From a virus: DNA of 64,000 nucleotides. Under the pieces are notes generated by a model. That model was given only the letters and a program-made list of their open reading frames with translations, made no database searches and was not told where the DNA came from. Shown here in pieces: positions 45,260-55,000 of this stretch (its first letter is position 1; each line of letters starts with the position of its first letter). The DNA is taken from positions 143,192 through 207,191 of IMG/VR virus record IMGVR_UViG_3300050821_002957; one strand, 5' to 3'. The position numbers were made by a program, and so were the translations under genes.

Positions 45260-45475
45260 TTAGAGAGTATGCTTGCATTTACGACAGCGCAGACCGACTT
45301 CATCATAGCTGCCATCGCCATTTTCTCGGAACAAACGATGAACTGTTGCACGATGACAAAATGGGCATAGAAATTGAAAGAGGGCTTCTTCAGACATAAT
45401 CAAGTCCTGAAGCAAGTCTTCGAGATCGTTCAAAAGGATTTCAGGTATTCCGTACATGGTATTATTTAGATGCAT
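45260..45475 (-). CDS. small zinc-ribbon protein
   Basis: CPFCH...CRKCKH. Confidence 0.45.
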   Translation of the reverse strand: MHLNNTMYGIPEILLNDLEDLLQDLIMSEEALFQFLCPFCHRATVHRLFRENGDGSYDEVGLRCRKCKHTL

Positions 45476-45508
45476 CTACTTGACAAGATCCGACGAATGT
45501 GATATCTT
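45469..45508 (+). promoter_or_regulatory. promoter family copy 5 (GATGCATCTACTTGACA, 17 bp, TATCTT, 6 nt, ATG 45515)
   Basis: Same geometry as the other copies. Confidence 0.5.
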
Positions 45509-45514
45509 CCAATC

Positions 45515-45868
45515 ATGGCTTACATAGCAATGAGCGCTTGTGGACAGTGCCATCAAATTTTTTCGTACAATCCACATCTTGTCCCGTCTTTGAACGATGT
45601 GCCGTTTTGCCGTAATTGTGTCGAACGTGCAAATCCCAAACGCATCGCCAACGGTCTGGAGCCGATCAACATCCTCCCTGGCGCATACGAATCGGTCGCC
45701 GAAACTCCCGCTGAAGAGATGGAAACGGATTATCAATGCGATCAAGAGTACTACGATCCAGAAGAGCCGATGACGCCATACGACAGCGACGATGAATTTG
45801 AAGATGAATTCAATGACGATATCGACCGGGACGATCTTGACGATTATCCACCGGCATTTCGCCCCTAA
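45515..45868 (+). CDS. Cys-containing protein with acidic tail
   Basis: 117-aa ORF. Confidence 0.5.
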   Translation: MAYIAMSACGQCHQIFSYNPHLVPSLNDVPFCRNCVERANPKRIANGLEPINILPGAYESVAETPAEEMETDYQCDQEYYDPEEPMTPYDSDDEFEDEFNDDIDRDDLDDYPPAFRP

Positions 45869-45874
45869 AAAGTT

Positions 45875-45913
45875 GATACATCTATTGACTTCTGAACTGA
45901 TCTACGGTAGACT
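45875..45913 (+). promoter_or_regulatory. promoter family copy 6 (GATACATCTATTGACT, 17 bp, TAGACT; 28-nt leader to ATG 45942)
   Basis: Box conserved; the only copy with a leader. Confidence 0.45.
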
Positions 45914-45941
45914 TGAAGAGTAGACAAAAGGACACCACCTT

Positions 45942-46196
45942 ATGAACGACAATCTCCCAATTCTTTACATCCCCGTCAACGGCCACAAAGTCGCAGACAA
46001 ACCCGGCTGGACTAATAGCGTCGGCATTCCTTCCCAGTCGAGCGATGCGCTTTACGTCATCGCCCAGCGCAAGACAAGCCGTGGTTGGGGCTGCTCTTGC
46101 CGTGGATGGATTCGTCATCGTCACTGCAAGCATCTTGAAGCCCTTCGCCTGCCTGCTAACGAACGTCCTTACGAAGTTCAACTGAAAGGCAACTGA
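45942..46196 (+). CDS. SWIM-type zinc-finger protein
   Basis: WGCSCRGWIRHRHCKHLEAL (CxC...CxH). Confidence 0.5.
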   Translation: MNDNLPILYIPVNGHKVADKPGWTNSVGIPSQSSDALYVIAQRKTSRGWGCSCRGWIRHRHCKHLEALRLPANERPYEVQLKGN

Positions 46197-46227
46197 TGAC
46201 AGCCGAAAACCAAAAAAAGAAAAATTA

Positions 46228-46527
46228 TTGTCTGGCGGCATCAAAAAAATCACGAAGAATCTGAAAATTCTAGAGGATTTGAAACAGACTCCTCTAGCGC
46301 AGGATCAACACAAAAGAATTGAAATAATGATCTCGGTCTTTAAGAGATGGCAGGAAATCATCACTCTAACTTTAGCGAAAATTGTTTTGACTGAGATCCT
46401 TATCGACGCCGCCACGCAAGACGCCATTGATTTCAAACAGGCAGAGGCAGCTTTGGAGGTCGAATACAATAAGGCCATCGATGAAGTGGATGCCTTTCTC
46501 GAATTTTGGATTGAATTTTCTGTTTGA
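46228..46527 (+). CDS. hypothetical protein
   Basis: 99-aa ORF. Confidence 0.4.
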   Translation: MSGGIKKITKNLKILEDLKQTPLAQDQHKRIEIMISVFKRWQEIITLTLAKIVLTEILIDAATQDAIDFKQAEAALEVEYNKAIDEVDAFLEFWIEFSV

Positions 46528-46605
46528 GGCTGATACTCGGGCAGAGCGAGGGTTTCTTGGATAAAACACTCTATCAGCGGTGCCAGGAAACCCTCAAAAA
46601 ATTTA

Positions 46606-46644
46606 GATACATCTATTGACATCTGGTCGGGAATGCGGTATCCT
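46606..46644 (+). promoter_or_regulatory. promoter family copy 7 (GATACATCTATTGACA, 17 bp, TATCCT, 6 nt, ATG 46651)
   Basis: Implies the real start is 46651 rather than the upstream ATG at 46633, which lies inside the spacer. Confidence 0.5.
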
Positions 46645-46650
46645 TTGAAT

Positions 46651-46947
46651 ATGAAGACACGGAAAACAGTCAACGTTGCGGAAATGCTTTTCACAGCGAA
46701 CTATTTTATGAAGCATTCCAAACCGGAGCAGGTTGGTGAGCGCCGGGGAACCGCCAGTTTGCTGGAATCGATGCTGCACGCCAGTGGCAACTACAGTGGT
46801 TTTGGCTACATCGAACTGACGAATGCCGGAACCAATCAGCAGAAGTTAGGTGACGAGAGCCGTGTGTTCTACTACGTTTCTCAGAACCTTCGGAATGACT
46901 ACAAAGGTGTCGAAGATCGCAAAGCTCAGGAAGGATTCGTTTACTAA
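46651..46947 (+). CDS. hypothetical protein
   Basis: ORF downstream of promoter copy 7. Confidence 0.5.
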   Translation: MKTRKTVNVAEMLFTANYFMKHSKPEQVGERRGTASLLESMLHASGNYSGFGYIELTNAGTNQQKLGDESRVFYYVSQNLRNDYKGVEDRKAQEGFVY

Positions 46948-46948
46948 C

Positions 46949-47350
46949 ATGGGACGCCGACTTGATCCTGAAGAACGAGATCGCCGAGCAGCCGAGCGAA
47001 AAGCTGCGACCTGGGGCGGCAAGACTCGTCTGACGTACAACCCCGACGAAGAAGGCTACGGAAGTCCCGAACTGTGGCGCAGACTCTTCTCCGAACGTAT
47101 GGGCCTTGATGCTGCTCGTGCGACGGTCGGCAAGAAATCGCCTCGTGCCATTCTTGGTCTTGATGAAGTTCGCATTTACACTCAAGCTGCTTGGGATGTC
47201 TTGAAGTCGGCCTTTCGTAAGCTGGCCTTCAAATTTCACCCAGACTACAATCCTGGATCTGACACCGCCGAAGCCATGTTCAAAGAGATCCGGGGCGCTT
47301 ACGAAATCCTGGAAGACGAATTCAAACGACACGGAGTTGATGCACGATGA
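46949..47350 (+). CDS. J-domain (DnaJ-like) protein
   Basis: [34 protein letters not shown] with the HPD motif. Confidence 0.65.
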   Translation: MGRRLDPEERDRRAAERKAATWGGKTRLTYNPDEEGYGSPELWRRLFSERMGLDAARATVGKKSPRAILGLDEVRIYTQAAWDVLKSAFRKLAFKFHPDYNPGSDTAEAMFKEIRGAYEILEDEFKRHGVDAR

Positions 47351-47577
47351 TTTTACCGGACGATGTAAAGAAATTCGACAAGCTGTGTGCAGACTTAGTG
47401 AAGCTCATGAAGAAGATTCGTGAAACTTCACCAGAGGCCGAAATTTTCATGGAAGCCGAGGGTGGTTTAATGTTGTTCGATGGAAACAGCCGCATCGACG
47501 ACGGTGAAGATTTTAATTGGGAAGCACAACGAGGCAAATCACATTGGACGCCCGGTTTTGGAGGAGGAGCAATATGA
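47347..47577 (+). CDS. hypothetical small protein
   Basis: 76-aa ORF. Confidence 0.4.
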   Translation: MILPDDVKKFDKLCADLVKLMKKIRETSPEAEIFMEAEGGLMLFDGNSRIDDGEDFNWEAQRGKSHWTPGFGGGAI

Positions 47578-47822
47578 CACTTGAACAGTTCAAAGAAACT
47601 CGACATGGAAAAGCGTTGTTTGCAGTGTACACCCCAAAGGAAACTGGCATATGGGGCATCTACGGCGAGACAGACGATCCTGGTGGAAGCTGCTTCACTC
47701 CGCTGTTGGGCGTCTTCATTGGCACGATGGCCGACGCAATGGAAGTCGCTGTGGCACAGAAAAGATTTGTTTCCTGGGGCGGCGGTGGCGATTTACGAAA
47801 GTTGACGGTGCTGACGAAATGA
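47574..47822 (+). CDS. hypothetical protein
   Basis: GGAGGAG RBS; 82 aa. Confidence 0.45.
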   Translation: MTLEQFKETRHGKALFAVYTPKETGIWGIYGETDDPGGSCFTPLLGVFIGTMADAMEVAVAQKRFVSWGGGGDLRKLTVLTK

Positions 47823-48151
47823 CTCCATTTTCGCTCGCAGACACACTTCTCAAAAGCTCGACTGATGCCGAACTGTACGACATCATCGACAAAGCTCGCA
47901 AAATTTTGGCCGAACGTCGAGACCAAAAGATTGCCGAAGAGACTGCGATTTTGAAACCCAAGATCAAAGCTGCATATGAGGCTGTCGCTGCGATTCAAGC
48001 TGAGTACGATGCCGCCACGTTGTCGATTCAGAAACGAGTAATCAAGGAATGTCGCCTCGATCCGGCAATTCAGGTTCATGATGATCTCGCTGCCGAACTT
48101 TCAAATTTGGAATGGAAGTACCCACCGACCTCTGGAGGACCAATCGGATGA
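47819..48151 (+). CDS. hypothetical protein
   Basis: ATGA overlap; 110 aa. Confidence 0.45.
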   Translation: MTPFSLADTLLKSSTDAELYDIIDKARKILAERRDQKIAEETAILKPKIKAAYEAVAAIQAEYDAATLSIQKRVIKECRLDPAIQVHDDLAAELSNLEWKYPPTSGGPIG

Positions 48152-48429
48152 CACCGGAACAAATCGAAGAACACGCCGAGCAAGTACAAAAACGTGATGA
48201 ACACAAAGGCAAATGGCTTGTAGGGCACGGATGTCATCGTGGGGCGCTTACGAGCCGAGACAGTAGAGTCACGTATCACGATTCACTAGAAGCCTGTCGT
48301 GAATACATCCGGGAGCAAGAAGCATTTTATCTTTCCATCGGCTACATGATCTGGTTCGCCTACGCCATTGCACCGGGCAAGACAGACAAGGATCGTATTT
48401 CATTGCACCGGGGAAACTCGTACCAATAG
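48148..48429 (+). CDS. hypothetical protein
   Basis: ATGA overlap; 93 aa. Confidence 0.45.
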   Translation: MTPEQIEEHAEQVQKRDEHKGKWLVGHGCHRGALTSRDSRVTYHDSLEACREYIREQEAFYLSIGYMIWFAYAIAPGKTDKDRISLHRGNSYQ

Positions 48430-48512
48430 ACGTATCTGCTTCCTTGACAAACTCCACATCCATGTTGTAATGGTTCTGCCCTCGCTAAATAGAAACGAGG
48501 CATCCAAGACGC

Positions 48513-48806
48513 ATGGCAAAGAATTTACCTCAAGATCAGTACCACATTGAACTTTGCACTCAATTCTGCGCTGACGTTGAAGCGCTGATTAACGAGAGCA
48601 ACAAGAAAGCAGACGAAAGAGTCGCCAAGGCCGGAAAAGCTACGACACGACTCGGATACGTAGATGCAGTCCTCATTGTAGCGGAACGCCGGAAAATAGA
48701 ACCGGACCTCGCAGCCGCCTACCTCAACCCAGAAATCAAACAGAAAATGCAGCAAGAGTGGGAGAACAAACACATGCTCCCAAAGTCTGCTCGATTACCG
48801 TTCTGA
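48513..48806 (+). CDS. hypothetical protein
   Basis: 97-aa ORF. Confidence 0.45.
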   Translation: MAKNLPQDQYHIELCTQFCADVEALINESNKKADERVAKAGKATTRLGYVDAVLIVAERRKIEPDLAAAYLNPEIKQKMQQEWENKHMLPKSARLPF

Positions 48807-48807
48807 C

Positions 48808-49086
48808 ATGACGCAGACGTATTTCACATTCGGCCATGATGGAGTGATAGAATTTCAAGGCTATCTTGACACTCTTTACGGAACGGTGACGCCCGACGAA
48901 GATGACAAAAATGTTCATCGTCTGCCGTACAACCATTCAGTGCTTAATCGTGATGTCTGGAAGACTCAGGACGAAGCGATAGCAGCATACCAAGCCTCAG
49001 TGACCAAAGATGTTCAAAGTGTGATCCTACGTTATCGTAAAGCCTGTGAACAGTATCCTGGTTTCTTTGTGATGTGGCCTGAATGA
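48808..49086 (+). CDS. hypothetical protein
   Basis: 92-aa ORF. Confidence 0.45.
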   Translation: MTQTYFTFGHDGVIEFQGYLDTLYGTVTPDEDDKNVHRLPYNHSVLNRDVWKTQDEAIAAYQASVTKDVQSVILRYRKACEQYPGFFVMWPE

Positions 49087-49712
49087 CCGGATACGATGCC
49101 TGCCGCCGTTTCATGGCGTTGAACAATCACTTCTTCCAACCGAATTATGATTTCTTTAAGTACAAAGGTGGAGTACCTCTCAAGTTTGATACTTATGATG
49201 CCAAGCGCCAAGACGAAAAGCACAGATATGATCGACTAGGCCGAAAATTTCAATCCGACGAAGACCTTGAAAATTTCATGGTCGCCAATCTTCTCGAATC
49301 CAAGAAGAGGCTGTGGGTCGGCGCACTGTTTGGTGGTGAAGCAGACAACGTTTACATTCGCTGGCAAGGTCGAACTCAGGCGATTCAGTACAATCTCACC
49401 AGTGAAGTTAGACGGCTTGTAGACCGGCTGGAGAGTTTCAATGCTCTTTTCAAAGTAGCCGACAATGAACATCCTGAAATCTTGAAAGCCTATCTTCGGG
49501 GCGACATCTCTTTAGAGAGTTTTGTAGTCCTTGACCTTTGCATTGGTTTCATTGACAACATCGATGTAAAGCTCAGTGATGATCGAAATTGGACCATTGT
49601 CAAGCATAAAGCCATTAAGTACAGACCTTTCCTCGAACGGCTAAATATCGACATCCCGGCGCTCCGAAAAGCAGTGCTGGAGTCGATCCGAGGATTGGGG
49701 GTTACAAGCTAA
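49083..49712 (+). CDS. gp59: gp59-like helicase-loading protein
   Basis: Sits immediately upstream of the gp32 homolog, as in T4. ISLESFVVLDLCIGFIDNID parallels T4 gp59 ISFETFILLDSFLNIIDK. Similar length (209 vs 217 aa). Confidence 0.55.
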   Translation: MTGYDACRRFMALNNHFFQPNYDFFKYKGGVPLKFDTYDAKRQDEKHRYDRLGRKFQSDEDLENFMVANLLESKKRLWVGALFGGEADNVYIRWQGRTQAIQYNLTSEVRRLVDRLESFNALFKVADNEHPEILKAYLRGDISLESFVVLDLCIGFIDNIDVKLSDDRNWTIVKHKAIKYRPFLERLNIDIPALRKAVLESIRGLGVTS

Positions 49713-49984
49713 TGCCTGTTACAAAAGATACTCAATTGGACTACTTCATGGATGTCGTTCTTAGGAACTACTGTCGTGCTGCCGAAGAGTGCGAATTTTT
49801 ATACCAAGAAGCAGAAGATTTAAGGAATTGTCTGACAATTCTTTTCCAAGAAAATTCCGATCTTCGATTTCGATTGCAAGAGGCTGGGCTTGAAGTTCCT
49901 GTCTCAAATTTTGTCACGGCAGAAGAGGCTGCGGCAATGGACGATCAGGAAATGTTTCCAGTCGAAAATAACGATTTAGCCTAA
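49712..49984 (+). CDS. hypothetical protein
   Basis: 90-aa ORF. Confidence 0.45.
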   Translation: MPVTKDTQLDYFMDVVLRNYCRAAEECEFLYQEAEDLRNCLTILFQENSDLRFRLQEAGLEVPVSNFVTAEEAAAMDDQEMFPVENNDLA

Positions 49985-50135
49985 TGAATACGGGGCTGTC
50001 AGGCCGAAAACTTGACAGTCCTGAAAACCGTGAGATGCTAAATATGTTGAGAGATTATGAAGGCAGCAACGCAGTGAGTTGCTTGCAGAAAGGCAGTGGA
50101 TACAACGTTAAACATACGAGAGATACTACGAAAAT

Positions 50136-51143
50136 ATGTCGATTACAAAAAACACAGAGTCCCGTACACAGTACTTGGCCTCTCTCCGCAGCAAAGTCCA
50201 GGAGATGTCCTCTCCCAAGGGTTCCTCAAACAACACAAGACAGAATGATGATCGCTACTGGCGTCCAGAAGTAGATAAAGCTGGCACCGGAAGCGCAGTT
50301 ATTCGTTTCCTTCCTCCGAAGTCTGGTAATGCTTTTCCGTTCGTCCAGCTTTGGAGCCACGGTTTCCAAAATCCCGAGAACAGCAAGTGGTTCATTGACA
50401 ATTGCCCGTCCTCACTTGGTGGCCTTCCCTCTGATGTTTGCCCGGTTTGCGCCGACAACAACAGTTTGTGGAATGCAGACAAGGACAAGGAAAGTCCGCT
50501 GAAGAAGTTGGCTTCGTCTCGCAAGCGCAAGCTATCTTACATCAGCAACATTTTGGTTGTGAAAGATCCAAAACATCCTGAGAATGAAGGCAAGGTGTTC
50601 TTGTTCAAGTATGGCAAGAAAATCTTCGAGAAGATCAAGGACATGATTGATCCTCCAGCCGAATTCGCAGACATGCAGCCCATCGATCCATATGACATGG
50701 AAGAAGGCGCAAACTTCAAGCTCCGTCAGGTGAAGGTAGACAACTTCCCGAACTATGACAAGTCCAGTTTCGACGCTCCTTCGGCAGTCGGTGACGAAGA
50801 CTACATCGCATCAATCGAAGCACAGTTGATCGATCTGAATTCGTTGCTCGATCCGAAGCACTTCAAGCCATATGCAAAGTTGGCCGAACGCTTCACATTT
50901 GTAACTGGTGCAGCAGCCCCGAGCACCACATCTACAGGCGGCGACAGTGCTGTCTCTACTCCATCGGTTGAAGATGGAATGACCGATGATGAGCCGGTAG
51001 CAAAGCCAGCCGCAGCAAGGACCGCAACGTCTAAGCCTGCTGGTCGAACCGCAAAGCCGAAAGCAACTGCGGAAGTACCGGATGCAACACAAGATGACGA
51101 TTACTTCGAGAAGTTGGCCGCACAGTCAGCAAACGAAGACTAA
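50136..51143 (+). CDS. gp32: single-stranded DNA-binding protein, T4 gp32 family
   Basis: DKAGTGSAVIRFLPP, Cys/His zinc site, LWNADKDKESPLKKLASSRKRKLSYISNILVVKDPKHPENEGKVF (nearly identical to T4 gp32), acidic C-terminal tail. Confidence 0.95.
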   Translation: MSITKNTESRTQYLASLRSKVQEMSSPKGSSNNTRQNDDRYWRPEVDKAGTGSAVIRFLPPKSGNAFPFVQLWSHGFQNPENSKWFIDNCPSSLGGLPSDVCPVCADNNSLWNADKDKESPLKKLASSRKRKLSYISNILVVKDPKHPENEGKVFLFKYGKKIFEKIKDMIDPPAEFADMQPIDPYDMEEGANFKLRQVKVDNFPNYDKSSFDAPSAVGDEDYIASIEAQLIDLNSLLDPKHFKPYAKLAERFTFVTGAAAPSTTSTGGDSAVSTPSVEDGMTDDEPVAKPAAARTATSKPAGRTAKPKATAEVPDATQDDDYFEKLAAQSANED

Positions 51144-51163
51144 TCAGTAAGTTTGAAAAAGAT

Positions 51164-51194
51164 AGCGGGGTCTTCGGGCCTCGCTTTTTTGTTT
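51164..51194 (+). terminator. rho-independent terminator with UUCG tetraloop (AGCGGGGTC-TTCG-GGCCTCGCT + T-run) after gp32
   Basis: GC-rich stem, UUCG loop and a TTTTTTGTTTT run. Confidence 0.6.
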
Positions 51195-51284
51195 TAGACA
51201 GGTACTTTTGGTTCAAGAAGTTTTTTGATTCCCCGGCGTGCCATCGTGGTCAGCTTGGGAATTTTTTTGGTTTTGAACTGGTTC

Positions 51285-51335
51285 TTCTTTTTCTTCTTTT
51301 TCTTCTTTTTCTTTTTCTTCTTCGGTTTTGGTGGT
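51285..51335. repeat. polypyrimidine simple repeat (TTCTT/CTTTT)n
   Basis: ttcttctttttcttctttttcttctttttctttttcttcttc; would encode poly-Lys on the minus strand. Confidence 0.7.
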
Positions 51336-51465
51336 GTCAATCCTAGTGTCTTATAAATCGATTTCTTCTTCGGTGGCGACAGCAACGCCGAAGCATCAAA
51401 CTCTTTTAGAAACTGGGTGAATGTAAGCACTGGAGTATTTAGTTTTTGCGTGCCTAAATAGCAAC

Positions 51466-51717
51466 ATGAACGAAGCAATTGTATACCAAGTACGCTCAGT
51501 CGATGCTTTCGGCAAACAGAACGTGGTCCATTCCTATGAAACCGAAGAGGCTGCAAAGGTCGCTATCAAAATGATGCAGAAGCGAACACGAAAGCGGTAT
51601 GTTGTTCATCCTGTCAAGAATCGGCCTGCGGAACACTGGGGCATTAACTTTCCACCCAACCATCCGAAGCATCCAGACAATCTTAAAAACCCACCAAAGA
51701 GCCGCCGTTTAAGTTGA
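51466..51717 (+). CDS. hypothetical protein
   Basis: 83-aa ORF. Confidence 0.45.
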   Translation: MNEAIVYQVRSVDAFGKQNVVHSYETEEAAKVAIKMMQKRTRKRYVVHPVKNRPAEHWGINFPPNHPKHPDNLKNPPKSRRLS

Positions 51718-51748
51718 CAAGATTTGAACTCATGCGATCATAGTACGC

Positions 51749-52006
51749 ATGAATAACATTTTGCTGAACGATCCTGACACATTCATTCAATGGCGCAAAA
51801 CCGATGAACCCGGCGATAATCCAAAGTGGGAATCGCAGTGTGGTTATATCGAACAAACCAGCTTCGGGGATCGTCCAATATTCCAAGGATTTGTCGGCCC
51901 CAACCAAACACCCACTCAGACAAAGACCAGTCTAATTTCAATCAAACAAGAAGTCGAGCGGCTGTTTAAAAAGAATTATCAACTGACCTGGGCTTATCAA
52001 GATTAG
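51749..52006 (+). CDS. hypothetical protein
   Basis: 85-aa ORF. Confidence 0.4.
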   Translation: MNNILLNDPDTFIQWRKTDEPGDNPKWESQCGYIEQTSFGDRPIFQGFVGPNQTPTQTKTSLISIKQEVERLFKKNYQLTWAYQD

Positions 52007-55000
52007 GTCGGAATAAACATAGCGTTTTGATTGCGCTCATAAGATGTATCAGTGTTCTTTGCACGTAGGTCACCAGTATGAGTACTGTTATTGTTAGTGA
52101 TCTTTGTGGTCTGTGGTGCAATGATCTGATGTCCGGTTCCTGATTGTCCTGACGTTCTGTTCAATTCAGAATTTACCGCTGAGACTTGTGCCAATTGAAC
52201 ACCAGTGCTTTCAGGAGACAATTTCGGTGTATCAAGTCTAGGAGCAGCAGTATTTGTAGCTGTGGCAACCATTGCAGGCATTGACGTTGCTGTTGGTCGA
52301 TCTACAGGCTTTGGACTACGTGATAAAGCTGTCACCACATTCTTTTGATTAGCTACGTTCTTGATTGTATCGCCGTAACCTCTAGCCGTGGCATACTTCG
52401 CTCCCATGTTCTCAATGAACTTGTTTACATCTCCAGTCTTTTGATATTCGGCAAAGGCAGCGGCATACGGACCCTTTGGATTAGATAGGAGTTTTGCGTG
52501 AGCTATGAAACCTTCTTCCATAGTCTTGTAATCGGCAAACTCTCTCTTGACTGAAAATCTTTTTTTGCCTGACCAACCCATCTTCAAAGGAGAGCCATCC
52601 AACTCTGTTGCTGTAGCTGCTTCTTTCGGTTTTGATTTTTGAAATTGAGCGAATTCAGCGGGAGTCATGTCTTCCTGGGTCGTTCTAGTCTGACTCATCG
52701 TATCGCTTTTTGATTTGGTGACTCCAAATGCATTGTTACCAATCGAATGCTTACCCCAACCAGATTCTACGGCCCATTGTGCAATTGTTACTTGAGCCGG
52801 AACACCAGTTGCTTTTTCTGCATCCATTGCCATCTGTGCGATTTCTGGTGGAACTTCGCCCTGCTTGTACTTGATGTTTTTGTTCTGTGTTCCGCCACCT
52901 GTTCCAAGAATACCGATACCTGAACCACCAGCCGCCGTGACACCAGAAGATTGTGGCTGTGGCGTTGCAGGTGTCGGTGAGGTTGGTGAAGATGTCGGCG
53001 CAACTGTTTTCGTCTGTGTTGGCGATGTTGTCGGAGTGTGAAAGCTACGAGCAGTCTTTGCCAATTCAGGTGTAGATGAAATTGGAGTAGCAGGAGGCGG
53101 ATTCAATCCTCTACGTGGCGTTACAGTATTTTGTGTCTGTTGGGTCGGAGCAGGCGCAGCACTAGGAGCCGGTGCTGAAGTAGTTGGTGCAGGCTTGGCT
53201 GTTTCTGCTGTCTTCTTACCGCCGCCAAATGGATGTAGAATTGAATTGATCTTATCAGAAATCCAATCAATGACAGATTTGATAGCATCGGTTACTGACT
53301 GCAAGGCATCTGTCAAAATTTTGGTGTTTTGTGGGCCAATAATGTTTTCGACCATCTTCTTGATCGAATCGAAAACACTGGAGAAGGCCGTACTGATACT
53401 TGCAAACGCTTTGGTGATGGTCTCCATACCAGGGATCTTCATGATCTCTTGACCAAAGTTTTCAAATGATTTTGTGAATGCCTCGATTACCTTATCCAAT
53501 GCATCTTTGATGGTATCGAGATTGAACATCGTCAAGAACCATTTGCCAAGCGCACTGAACATTCCCAGTACACCATCTTTCAGTTCTTCTATTCCTTTGT
53601 CGAATGTCTTAGGATCAGACAAATCGGACAGACCATCGATGAACTTTGACAGTCCTTCAAAAAAGTCGCCGATGATCTCAATCATCTTGCCAAGACGTTT
53701 TGCGACAAACTCCAGGATCGGTCCCAGAACTTTGAAGATTGGTTTGGATGCCACATAGAGAGCACTCAAAATGGAACCAATTGCTTTGAAAATGCTGGCA
53801 AACGATTTTGCGCTGGTCTTTCCAAGTGTCTTTCCAATTTCTGTTTTGACACCTGCCAATCCGAGCACGAAATCAATAATTCCGAACAGACCTTCGACCA
53901 CGCCGCCTAAACCACCAGCGACCCGATCCATCATCGTCAATTTCTTTTTGTCTCCAAGATACTTTTCTGCGTGCATGAATGCCGGGATGAAATCGAAGAT
54001 AGCAGTGATTGCCATAATGACTTCGCCGACAACTGGAATGAAATCTAGGAATTCAGCCATTCGACCTGCGCCACCCAAGAGTTTTGCGCCCTTGAGCATC
54101 TCGCCGCCTTCGGCCAGGAGCTTAGTACCACCCTTTGCACCTGCTTCAGCACCTTCCCCGACTGCCTTTCCAACCTCTCCCAGACCCTTTGCGCCGTCCT
54201 CTACGGCTTCGATGCCGCTTGCCGCACCCTCAACACCCCTTCCAGCCCCAGAAGCGCCCTTGCCTCGTCCAAACCAGCGCTTGAACATGCCTCCTTCTTC
54301 AGCTTCAGCCCCACCTTTAGCAGTTTTGTTGCCGAGACCCAGCCACTTTCCAATTTTGCCGCCAAACAACCGTCCGATTCCGGCTTCAATGCCAGACATG
54401 AGACCGCCGAGCAAACCGCCCTTTTTCCCACCTGATTTTTTGGCGACATCAGCAAGCAATCCACCAGCATCGCCATCGGTTGTTTCCCGACGCTTTGCGT
54501 TCGCATCCAATTCGGATTGATCTAGTTGCTTTGCAAGCAATTTGTTGATTTCTTTTAGTTCAATCAACTGCTCTTCGTCTAATTTTGCGACTCTCGAAAG
54601 CGGACCTTCTTTGTCGCTGGTAAGAATGCTCAATTTTTTGTCTTGATCTTTTTGGACACCTTCCATGAGCTTGAGCAAACCTGCGGTATTACTTTGGCTC
54701 GCCAGTTTTTCAGGATGTAATGTCGGTTCATCCAAATCCATACGCCCGTTTTGAACAAGCTCTGGAGCCGCCGCCTTTTTCAATTGTGGTGGTGCTTCAA
54801 ATTTTTCTACGTTTGGCATCGCATGAACAGCAGCAGTCATCATTGCTTTGACTGGACTGTTGTACGGATTTTTCATGCGCTCCGCTTCTTGCTTTTCCAT
54901 ATGGGCTAAAGCAGTCGGTTTCGGATGAGATTCTTCACCAAAAATTTCCGGCCAATCTGGTGTGCCTGAAGGCTTTTTTAAACTATCTTCATGCTTCTTT

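Noticed and set aside
49984-50274. 96-aa ORF overlapping the start of gp32
   Set aside because: Out-of-frame overlap with the extremely well-supported gp32 start; the region more likely serves as the gene 32 leader.
51194-51556. 120-aa minus-strand ORF encoding a poly-lysine run
   Set aside because: The poly-K arises from the (CTT)n simple repeat; the ORF overlaps a plausible plus-strand gene (51466..51717) and the gp32 terminator.
53771-54520. 249-aa P/S/A-rich plus-strand ORF (plus 53195..53758 ORFs) inside the 1430-aa minus-strand gene
   Set aside because: Antisense translation of the G/A-rich structural gene, which carries a recognisable glucosaminidase domain.
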